Assembly: GCA_965541585.1 (NCBI GenBank)
Contig: CBEUCH010000010.1
Span: forward strand, 1 to 64,000
Origin: an uncultured bacterium
GTDB lineage: Bacteria; Zixibacteria; MSB-5A5; UBA10806
Length of the DNA: 64,000 bases
Reading direction: 5' to 3'
Below, piece after piece: positions 20,017 through 28,087 of this stretch. Each line of letters opens with the position of its first letter. Position 1 is the stretch's first letter. Made by a program: the position numbers and the translations under genes. Under the pieces are notes generated by a model, which was not told the origin of the DNA, made no database searches, and was given only the letters and a program-made list of their open reading frames with translations.

Positions 20017-21477
20017 ATGAAGGCCTTGAAAGCCTGTGGCATATACATTGCTTTTGTAATTACCTTTTTGCCCATCTATGCCGGTGCCGGCTGGACGCCA
20101 GCGGTTAGGATAAGCGATGAAGCTTTGGCCTACAACCCGAAGATAGTGACCAGTGGGGATACGCTGCATGCAGTTTATTGGATCTCCAGCGATGCGGATA
20201 GGGTATATTACGTAAAAAGCATTGATGGAGGGGAGCAATGGGCAGAGCCCTTTCGCCTGGGGGACTCCTTGATCGCTGGAAGCGAGAATTCACCTGTAAT
20301 TCGATCAGCGGGAGACACGATAGCCACGATTTGGCATCAGAACCTACCTGGGGGGGGCCGATACAATCTCGGATTCCGATCTTCAACAGATGGCGGTGGA
20401 GCTTGGGGGAGCATTACTTACATTCTGCCATCCGATAATCACGAAATTCAAAAGCATGCATTTGCTATTGGACGGGGGCAAAACTATCTTTTATATAGCC
20501 GATGGTCTCAGGAAATAATTATCGAATTCACGAAAAGCACTAACTGGGGCGAGACGTGGACCGATCCGACTGAGGTCTTCAGGACGCAGCAGACAGGGCG
20601 TATCGACATGGCCGCAAGTGGTGATACCGTTCATTTTGTCTGGGCCGGTAGATTCAGTTACGATGACGAATGGGAAATCTACTATATTAGAAGTACGGAT
20701 TCCGGGGAGAGCTGGTCCGAGAATGCCATGTTTTCAACATATGATGAATATGGCTCGAATTTCCCTACTATCTCAGTAAATTCCATCGGTAATATTGCAG
20801 TTTGTTGGATGGATTATAAGTACTCGCCGCATTTATGGACCGGCGATCTTTTCATCAGATATAGCCTTGATTCAGGAGATAGTTGGACAGAGGAGGATCA
20901 ACTAACATTCACCCATGGGGCTTTTGCCAATCAAATCCTATGGCAGGGTGATTCCATTCATATAGCCTGGGAAGACTGGCGGTATTCTCAGCGGGATATC
21001 TTCTACATGCTGAGTACCGATAACGGGCTGACCTGGGGGGGCGAGATGAGGGTGGATGATGATCCTGCAACTTCCGGAGCTCCCGATATCGCGGTTGTGG
21101 GCGAGAATCGGCATCTGGTCTGGTACGACAGGCGAGCCGATCCCGGGTACGGGATATACTATAGCCGTTGGGAAGAGGAGGTTGGCATAGACGACGGCGA
21201 GTATGAGCCATTGCCGAGAAAGCTCAGGTTGGCGGCTCATCCCAACCCATTTAACGGGAGCACTATCATAACCTATAACCAGTCGGAAGGAGGTGACATA
21301 GAGATTTACAACATACGAGGTCAAAAAATCAGAACGCTCATTACAAAGGCAAAGGAGGGAAAAATAATATGGGACGCCCGGGATGCCCTGGGAAATAAAG
21401 TCTCATCCGGAATCTATTTCGCCAGAGCAAAGACGTTGCGAAATTCAAGCACCTTGAAACTAATATATTTGAAATAA
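20017..21477 (+). CDS. BNR/Asp-box beta-propeller (sialidase-fold) protein with T9SS CTD
   Basis: Six S-x-D/N-x-G-x-x-W Asp-boxes (SIDGGEQW, STDGGGAW, STNWGETW, STDSGESW, SLDSGDSW, STDNGLTW). CTD is AHPNPFN...LIYLK. Confidence 0.85.
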   Translation: MKALKACGIYIAFVITFLPIYAGAGWTPAVRISDEALAYNPKIVTSGDTLHAVYWISSDADRVYYVKSIDGGEQWAEPFRLGDSLIAGSENSPVIRSAGDTIATIWHQNLPGGGRYNLGFRSSTDGGGAWGSITYILPSDNHEIQKHAFAIGRGQNYLLYSRWSQEIIIEFTKSTNWGETWTDPTEVFRTQQTGRIDMAASGDTVHFVWAGRFSYDDEWEIYYIRSTDSGESWSENAMFSTYDEYGSNFPTISVNSIGNIAVCWMDYKYSPHLWTGDLFIRYSLDSGDSWTEEDQLTFTHGAFANQILWQGDSIHIAWEDWRYSQRDIFYMLSTDNGLTWGGEMRVDDDPATSGAPDIAVVGENRHLVWYDRRADPGYGIYYSRWEEEVGIDDGEYEPLPRKLRLAAHPNPFNGSTIITYNQSEGGDIEIYNIRGQKIRTLITKAKEGKIIWDARDALGNKVSSGIYFARAKTLRNSSTLKLIYLK

Positions 21478-21491
21478 TAATGATCATGTTC

Positions 21492-21733
21492 GTAGGGGCG
21501 AGGTTACCTCGCCCCTACTGAATGAGCGGTCATAATCTTACAGATCCGTATGGACAAGTCCGGCATGACAGGGGAGAGGTGCCGCACGCCGCGTCGTCAG
21601 GAACCCCTTCCTGACGACCAATGGTTTGCTGTAAGGAAAGGGTTCCTTACAGCGCAAAAAACATTTAGTAGGGGCTCAATATATTGAGCCCCTACCGCGA
21701 CCATATGTAGCTGCAGGGCTTTTCCCCGCACTA
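21492..21733. repeat. Cluster of REP-like palindromes (GTAG-type and others)
   Basis: Perfect stems at 21492-21518, 21593-21618, 21628-21653 and 21668-21695. Degenerate elements at about 21529-21569 and 21707-21733. Confidence 0.8.
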
Positions 21734-21801
21734 GAGAACTTGACCGACGGCTCATACCCTTTTCAACTCAACGCTCGGAATGTCGATAACATTGATATAT
21801 T

Positions 21802-23013
21802 ATGAAAAAAAGAACCTACACCCAGGACGTTTACGCCGAGGGTCACCTGGTCGATTCCGGCGTCATGTCGGCCATACTGGATCTCATCATCAGATCGGGC
21901 GGGAAATTCAAGATAAGATCCTTCGAGATGGGGCGGACCAATACCGAACCGACCAGAACCACCATCTCGGTTTCAGCCTCCACGTCAATGCTGTTGGAGC
22001 ATATCATATCACAGCTTCACCTGCATGGATGCGTGGTCAAGGAGGACTCGCCGGCCTCCACCCGTCCGGCTCCCAAAAATTCCTGCGCCCCGGATAATTT
22101 CTATTCCACCACCAACCATAGAACCGAGATCAGGTTAAACAGCCGCTGGATCGCGGCGAAAGATCAGCGTATGGATGCCGTGATTGTTGTGAATGGCAGC
22201 AGGGCCCGCTGTGTCAAGATCCGCGACCTGAAAAGAGGGATGCAGGTGGTGACCGGGATATCAGGCATCCGGGTTATACCGGAATTCAAAGAGAGAGACA
22301 GGTCGGTATTCGAATTCATGTCGGGCGACGTCTCCTCTGAGAAGAAGGTCGAACTGGCGGTGAGCGAGATCGCCGGCATGCTCAAATCCGGGAAATACAG
22401 AACGATTATGGTCGCCGGGCCGGTGGTGGTCCATACCGGGGGCAGCGAGACACTCTGTTCCATAATTAGAGATGGTTATATTCATGGTTTTCTTTCCGGC
22501 AATGCGCTGGCCGTGCACGATATAGAACAAGCGCTGTACGGTACCTCTCTGGGAGTGGATACAAAAACCGGTAAACCGGTCGAGGAAGGGCATAAGAATC
22601 ATATGAAAGCCATAAATGCGGTTTTCAAATATGGCGGCATTAAACAGATGATCGCAAAACGAGCGCTTAAAAGCGGGATTATGTACCAGCTTCATAAATC
22701 GAATATTCCCTATGTGCTGGCTGGGTCGCTTCGGGACGACGGCCCCCTGCCGGAAACGATAAACGATATGGTCGAGGCCCAGGCGGCTTATGGCAGACTT
22801 ATCAAAGGGGCGGATATTGTCCTGATGCTTTCGAGCATGCTGCATTCGATCGCCACCGGCAATATGCTGCCGTCGCGAGTACGCACCATCTGCGTGGATA
22901 TTAATCCCTCGGTGGTGACCAAACTGGCGGATCGCGGTTCGGCCCAGGCGGTGGGTATCGTCACCGATGTCGGGCTGTTTTTACATCTCTTGGCCAGAAG
23001 GCTAAAGAAATAG
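21802..23013 (+). CDS. TIGR00300-family protein (LOR/SDH N-terminal domain; ArgZ/AgrE C-terminal-like, putative ornithine cyclodeaminase)
   Basis: EGHLVDSG, FYSTTNH, GNALAVHDIE, LAGSLRDDGPLP, MLHSIATGN and KLADRGS motifs. Confidence 0.85.
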   Translation: MKKRTYTQDVYAEGHLVDSGVMSAILDLIIRSGGKFKIRSFEMGRTNTEPTRTTISVSASTSMLLEHIISQLHLHGCVVKEDSPASTRPAPKNSCAPDNFYSTTNHRTEIRLNSRWIAAKDQRMDAVIVVNGSRARCVKIRDLKRGMQVVTGISGIRVIPEFKERDRSVFEFMSGDVSSEKKVELAVSEIAGMLKSGKYRTIMVAGPVVVHTGGSETLCSIIRDGYIHGFLSGNALAVHDIEQALYGTSLGVDTKTGKPVEEGHKNHMKAINAVFKYGGIKQMIAKRALKSGIMYQLHKSNIPYVLAGSLRDDGPLPETINDMVEAQAAYGRLIKGADIVLMLSSMLHSIATGNMLPSRVRTICVDINPSVVTKLADRGSAQAVGIVTDVGLFLHLLARRLKK

Positions 23014-23277
23014 CCATACCTCTGGCGGTCTCCCGATACAGTTTCATATTGCAATGCTCAATCATCGGCGTTTTGATTGGGAATTGAGCAAAGGCATAAG
23101 AATCCCCGACGACAGGATAACCTCATATTACAGAGGCGGTTATAACGCAAGTGGCCAGCTGATCTTAAGCAATGAAATCCCAAGAATGGTGGTTGATAGA
23201 AGCCTGTATCGATCCTAAACATCTTTTGAAGGGAAACCCCATAATCCAACGCCGAGGGATTTGTATAACATATTGAG

Positions 23278-23330
23278 TATCAATAGGTTGCAAATATCAA
23301 GATAAGGAGGTCTCGGGCACGGGATTTGCC
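23278..23330 (+). promoter_or_regulatory. Putative IHF site plus sigma-54 promoter
   Basis: TATCAATAGGTTG (23278-23290) is an exact WATCAANNNNTTR match. gGGCACGGGATTTGCc (23315-23330) has -24/-12 spacing. Confidence 0.7.
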
Positions 23331-23364
23331 CTTATATCTGTCGAATAAATGAGAGGGAGGATAC

Positions 23365-24582
23365 ATGAGATTTCCAGTAATATCATTGGGATTGGTTTTG
23401 GTGTTACTCTCAGAACCTGCAGCTTTCGCTGGCGATGGATCGTCGGCAATGGAATTCTTAGAAATAGGTGTCAGCGCCAGGTCGGCGGCCACCGGAGGAG
23501 CGTTTTCGGCTATATCCGATGGCCCCATGTCAGCACATTACAATCCGGCCGGTCTCTCGCGGACGGATAATTTCCAGATTGCCGGCATGCATGCCGAATG
23601 GCTCCAGGATCTGCGATACGAATATATCGGATTGGCTTTGCCGGTGGGGCGAGCAGGCGGCCTGGGATTTTCTTTCTCCTATTTGAACATGGGTGATATA
23701 GAAGGATACTCAGAGACGAACGTGCCTATCGGCAATCTCAAGGCCTATGATATGGCGTTGACCGTCTCCTACGGCCATAAGATATCCGGGGACCTATCCA
23801 TGGGCCTCGGTATAAAAGGCATCGGGGAAAAGCTTGATAATGTGGATGCATTCGGTTTTGCAGGGGATATCGGTCTACAATACAGGTTTGGAAATTACCT
23901 CGGCGGATTATCACTTATGAATATCGGGCCGGATATCAAGTACGAAACATCATCGTCCCCGCTGCCGACCACCGTCAATACCGGGATCTCGTATTTCCCG
24001 TCAGGCGGTAATCTGGCTTTGTTGGCCGGTGCGGCAGTACCGTTCTCCGGCGATGTTTCCTTTAGTGCAGGATTGGAATATACCTATCAGAACCTCATGG
24101 TCTTGAGGAGCGGATACGATTCCCGCAACAACCTCGACAATGAAAGCGGCCTCTCATTCGGCGGTGGACTGAATTTATCCTCGCACAGCCTCGACTACGC
24201 ATACAATGTTAACAGTCTGATGGGCGGTACGCATCAGATTTCGTTTATTTTCAGGCTCGGGCAGCCAAGAGATGTGGCAATTTCGCTTTCTTCCGACAAG
24301 ATCGATTATGAGCGCCAGGAGGATTTTATCGGGCCGGTAGAAATGCCGGTTGACGAATCGAAGCAGAAATACCAGGTCTGCGCCGGGCGCTATAACAATC
24401 AGGATGCTGCTTTAAAACATATGGATACATTGAAGATGTTTGGATTCTCGGCCAAATTGATTCAAGACGGCGATAATGAATACAGGTTGGTACTCAAGGA
24501 AGTCAAGGGTAAGAAAAAAGCGGAAAAGTTGAAATCGAAATACGAGAGAAAAGGAATCTCCTGTTTCGTTCAGTCATCGTAG
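23365..24582 (+). CDS. PorV/PorQ-family outer-membrane barrel with C-terminal SPOR-like domain
   Basis: FLEIGVSARSAATGGA..YNPAGL and HAEWL are PorV/PorQ (FadL-like) motifs. The barrel ends at THQISFIFRLG, followed by a linker and a YQVCAGRY..A..L..GF..YRLV SPOR-like pattern. Confidence 0.75.
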   Translation: MRFPVISLGLVLVLLSEPAAFAGDGSSAMEFLEIGVSARSAATGGAFSAISDGPMSAHYNPAGLSRTDNFQIAGMHAEWLQDLRYEYIGLALPVGRAGGLGFSFSYLNMGDIEGYSETNVPIGNLKAYDMALTVSYGHKISGDLSMGLGIKGIGEKLDNVDAFGFAGDIGLQYRFGNYLGGLSLMNIGPDIKYETSSSPLPTTVNTGISYFPSGGNLALLAGAAVPFSGDVSFSAGLEYTYQNLMVLRSGYDSRNNLDNESGLSFGGGLNLSSHSLDYAYNVNSLMGGTHQISFIFRLGQPRDVAISLSSDKIDYERQEDFIGPVEMPVDESKQKYQVCAGRYNNQDAALKHMDTLKMFGFSAKLIQDGDNEYRLVLKEVKGKKKAEKLKSKYERKGISCFVQSS

Positions 24583-24627
24583 GCAAGCTAACTTCCTCCT
24601 TTTGGGCGGTTCCCTTGTGCGTGGTCG

Positions 24628-24654
24628 AAGGGGCTTCTGTAACGGATGCCCCTT
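24628..24654 (+). terminator. Probable terminator of the PorV-like gene
   Basis: AAGGGGC..GCCCCTT stem-loop starting 45 nt after the stop codon. Confidence 0.55.
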
Positions 24655-24824
24655 TGGATTTGGTTCACCAAAATATTGATTTCACAAGCTAAGTTGGTTC
24701 TTTCATACGTCAGTTTGTAATCCCGGTTCATAATATGGCGATAATGTGGTGTATGCCGATCCAGATAATCCTATATAACTCAAAATAATGCTTGACATCC
24801 TGTATGGGAATCCATATTTTTTCG

Positions 24825-24952
24825 ATGGAAAGGCCAGTATCTTAGCTTGTGAATCAAATCACATTCTAAGGCCAATCCGATAAGTGGATGTGTTTGGTGT
24901 TTGGGTTTTGATGTGTGGTTTGGCCCCCGCTTCGGCGGGGGCCTATTTATTA
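24825..24952 (+). ncRNA. Candidate small RNA (unassigned family)
   Basis: TTGACA-17-TATTTT promoter (24792-24820), an internal hairpin, a GU-rich tract, and a GC-rich UUCG-capped terminator. No credible ORF. Confidence 0.5.
24922..24952 (+). terminator. Intrinsic terminator
   Basis: GGCCCCCGC-TTCG-GCGGGGGCC perfect 9-bp stem, followed by TATTTATTA on the + strand only. Confidence 0.8.
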
Positions 24953-25080
24953 TTGGCTGGAATTCCGTATCGGACCCCGTTGGATGATTGTTCTGAATCA
25001 GAAAACTGTCAATCGAAGGACCGCTTTCGACCACTCGAAAACTGCCATCGACATAATCAGAGTAAATGGTATTGTTTTGC

Positions 25081-26754
25081 CTATTTTCTCTTTCTCAAAA
25101 GAAGCGACCTGGCAGGGTCGCGGGTTTCGTTGGCAGAAGTAATATAAATTCCAGGTTTCCCAGTGACCGGGCAGGCGTATTCACAGGCGCCGCAGCCGGT
25201 GCATTTCTCCGGATCGATATGAGGAATCTTTATCCTGCGAATTTCTCCATTCTGATCTACAACGTCGGTCTCCTCCAGCCAGATGGCTTTCGGCGATGTC
25301 GGACACCATTCCTCGCAGACTATGCATGTTATACCGAATGCCCATGGCAAACATCGCCCCCTGTCGAAAAACGCCGCTCCGATTCTTGTCGGCGGCGTCT
25401 CGGTATCTCCTACCTTTGTTTTGACGTCCAGTTTGGATATGGCGCCGGTGGGACAGATATGGCCGCAGAATGTACAATAATGCTCGCAGTAACCTATCCG
25501 GGCGCTGAGCACCGGCGTGAATATACCTTCCCAGCCGGTCTCCAGGAGCGCAGGCTGCAGGGCGTTGGTGGGGCAAATCTTCATGCACTGGCCGCACCTG
25601 ATACAGCGCTTCAGAAAATCTTCCTCTATCAATGATCCGGGAGGGCGAATATATGCATGCTCCCCGGCAAAACCCTCTCCGCTCCTGATGATGGGAAATG
25701 CAGCCAATCCGGCGATACTTGCAATTACAGTCCGGCGGGTGGTTAAATCGGGCTTTGCCCTGTAGCTCTTTGTATTCGCCTGAAACCTGAATGAAAGTGC
25801 ATTTTCAGGGCAGGCGGCCTTGCAATTAAGGCAGAGATGGCATTCGGCTCTCCTGTGAGGGGTATCGCCTTGTGGATCATCACCGCCCTGACAGTTCAGC
25901 AGGCACAAGTTGCAATCGTTGCATCTCTCATTGTCTTTGCGCAAACCGAATATGGAAAACCTGCTGAGAATGCCAAGGAGAGCGCCCAGCGGGCAGAGAC
26001 CGCGGCACCAGAAGCGGGTGAATACTCGATTGGCGAGAAGTATTGCAAAGAATATCAGCGCCAGCCAGAATATCCCCTGAAAGTGAGGCTGTTTGAAGTA
26101 GATTAGAGTACCGGATGCAATGTGGAAAATCCCGGCGCCGATCAAGCTTATGAATCCTACTGACGAACCGGCCAGGAAATTTGCGAAGCCTGTCACGGCG
26201 GCGTTCAATGCCGGGATGAGCACCAGGCCGAATGATCGTCCGGCGATGGTTATGGGATCAAATAATCCTACCTGCACCGAACCCAGAAGGGCCAGCGCGA
26301 CAAGCCCGAAAAGGATGTAATATTTCCATGCCTGATACCTGTGATATACATTGGCTTTGATCAGGCGGGCACCACGTCTGCTTTCCCGTTCGGATGAGAA
26401 GCTCGAGAATAGTTGATTCAATGTCCCCAGAGGGCAGATCCATCCGCAGAAGAAGCGACCGAAGAAGATGGTGCCAACCAGAATAATCAGCCCCAGCAGC
26501 AAGTTGCCATAGACAATCCAGGATGCCAGGCCGGTTGTGAGTCCCGAAAGCGGATCTAGATTGAAGAATAGATTCAGCCATGGGGATGGCGCAATAACCT
26601 CATCGGGGCTCTTTATTGATGTAAACGAAAATTCGGTTAAATAGATCACGATGATGAGGAGTATCAGAAAGATGGATTGAGAACATCTGCGGAGCCATCG
26701 GATCCTGATGATATTGCCAATGGTGTCTTTCGATGGTGCCAGATCAGCCGACAT
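25081..26754 (-). CDS. Membrane polyferredoxin (NapH/MauN-like plus MauM/NapG-like 4Fe-4S fusion)
   Basis: TM segments with GRFFCGWICPLG and RFWCRGLCPLG, several CxxCxxCxxxCP motifs, and RPPG..FLKRCIRCGQC. Confidence 0.9.
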   Translation of the reverse strand: MSADLAPSKDTIGNIIRIRWLRRCSQSIFLILLIIVIYLTEFSFTSIKSPDEVIAPSPWLNLFFNLDPLSGLTTGLASWIVYGNLLLGLIILVGTIFFGRFFCGWICPLGTLNQLFSSFSSERESRRGARLIKANVYHRYQAWKYYILFGLVALALLGSVQVGLFDPITIAGRSFGLVLIPALNAAVTGFANFLAGSSVGFISLIGAGIFHIASGTLIYFKQPHFQGIFWLALIFFAILLANRVFTRFWCRGLCPLGALLGILSRFSIFGLRKDNERCNDCNLCLLNCQGGDDPQGDTPHRRAECHLCLNCKAACPENALSFRFQANTKSYRAKPDLTTRRTVIASIAGLAAFPIIRSGEGFAGEHAYIRPPGSLIEEDFLKRCIRCGQCMKICPTNALQPALLETGWEGIFTPVLSARIGYCEHYCTFCGHICPTGAISKLDVKTKVGDTETPPTRIGAAFFDRGRCLPWAFGITCIVCEEWCPTSPKAIWLEETDVVDQNGEIRRIKIPHIDPEKCTGCGACEYACPVTGKPGIYITSANETRDPARSLLLRKRK

Positions 26755-27715
26755 CTTTCTCCACCAGCGAGTATCCGGATAATTTACCCAATTCCCGCTT
26801 TGCGCCCTCGTTTAAATATCCGAGGCTCTCAGGGGCCAGGTTTAGAAACCGGCAGGCGTATGAATCCGCCGCCACCTGATCCGTTGACGCTATAACGGTA
26901 TCCCTGATTTCCACGTCCGACAGGCTGCCGCCCACCGGCCCGTTGCGGACCATAACCCGGGTGGCATCGACTATAATGAGCGTGGGCCTGAAATAGCTCG
27001 ATAGATCAGCGATGGAAATATCGATCGCCTGATGCAGCCGGCTTCTCGGCCCGCCCAGAACGCCATACCAGTTTTTCATACCGATTGTCGCCTTCGATAA
27101 ACTATGATGCTTGATCACCGGCATATTTATCAATTTATCCGTTTCGAGAAAATGTCTTAAGACAGGCCATTCGCCGAGGATTTCGCCGCCTAAATCCGCT
27201 CTCACAAAATGACGCTGTGCCGGCATTATCAGATCGGCCCCGATTTCTTTCGCTACTCCGCGGATCCCGGAGCGAGCAAAAGTGAACCTGGCTTCGTTGC
27301 AGGGCACATCTGTTATTACAACGCGTCTTGCGCCGGCTTCGAGGCATTCCAGGGCTACGGATTTTACGAGTACGGGATTGGTATTGGCGCCTTGAGCGGG
27401 CGTCCTATCCCATCCTATATTCGGCTTGATGGTTACGATGTCGCCCTTTGAGATAAATCGCCGGATTCCTCCGATTAAGCCGATCGCCGCTACAGTCGCC
27501 TTTGCATGGTCAGCCGACCTGACCGCCGCGACGTCCGAGTAAGCACCATTGACCGGTATACTTCGGTCGCCGTCAAGAATAAGCGATTGCAGCATGGGGG
27601 GACTATATTCGTTTCTCGACAGCAGATAGCCACCGCCGCCGAATACTGCGGCCAGCAAACTCGCTTTTCCGGCAAGGCTGATAAAGTCCCGTCGCTGGAT
27701 TTTGTCACTGCTCAT
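26744..27715 (-). CDS. DUF362 domain protein with twin-arginine-like N-terminus
   Basis: QRRDFISLAG plus a hydrophobic helix; IKPNIGWDR, TNP, KHH..T.GMKN.YG and DQVAAD motifs. Confidence 0.88.
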   Translation of the reverse strand: MSSDKIQRRDFISLAGKASLLAAVFGGGGYLLSRNEYSPPMLQSLILDGDRSIPVNGAYSDVAAVRSADHAKATVAAIGLIGGIRRFISKGDIVTIKPNIGWDRTPAQGANTNPVLVKSVALECLEAGARRVVITDVPCNEARFTFARSGIRGVAKEIGADLIMPAQRHFVRADLGGEILGEWPVLRHFLETDKLINMPVIKHHSLSKATIGMKNWYGVLGGPRSRLHQAIDISIADLSSYFRPTLIIVDATRVMVRNGPVGGSLSDVEIRDTVIASTDQVAADSYACRFLNLAPESLGYLNEGAKRELGKLSGYSLVEKDVG

Positions 27716-27736
27716 TTCAATCGCCTCACGCCGTCT

Positions 27737-27765
27737 ATTATGTTAGAATTTCGCCGATTTTGCAA
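27737..27765 (-). promoter_or_regulatory. Sigma-70-type promoter (TTGCAA-17-CATAAT) for the DUF362 operon
   Basis: Direct motif reading; followed by a GAGG RBS and the ATG at 27715. Confidence 0.55.
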
Positions 27766-28087
27766 GAAAGCGATGAGGGCTTTTCATGATAATCCATCAT
27801 GCTCCCAATACCGGAGGGAGCCTTTTCCATCGGAGGATATTACGGGGCAAGGGGAAACCGCATTTCCCTTGAAAAAATGCTTGTTTTTTGAAAAAGGGCA
27901 TTTAGATTGGTTGACCTTAGAATCGAGGGAGCAAGGTATTTAGGAGGAAGGCAGGATAGGAAGCAGCCAGGCTTAGCATCAAAATATTAAGGTGGATTTA
28001 TTAGATCCGATAAATTAATATTGAGTTGCGGGAACGATCCCGTTTTTCATTTGGCAAAGGTGGTTGGCAAAGGCAAGAGTTGAGTTT

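Noticed and set aside
20017..21477. Calling the BNR protein a true sialidase
   Set aside because: Asp-boxes are present but no (F/Y)RIP motif or catalytic Arg triad is recognisable, so only the fold is supported.
21492..21733. Possible CRISPR array or integron attC sites
   Set aside because: The palindromes are not identical direct repeats with regular spacers. There are no cas or integrase genes and no RYYYAAC/GTTRRRY attC ends.
24780..25147. Short ORFs in the PorV/polyferredoxin intergenic region
   Set aside because: They have no RBS, run through a strong terminator hairpin, and have low-complexity or implausible composition.
27987..28000. AAGGTGG upstream of valS, suggestive of a T-box
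   Set aside because: It reads UGGAUUU rather than the UGGNACC antiterminator bulge, and no stem I or specifier features are recognisable.
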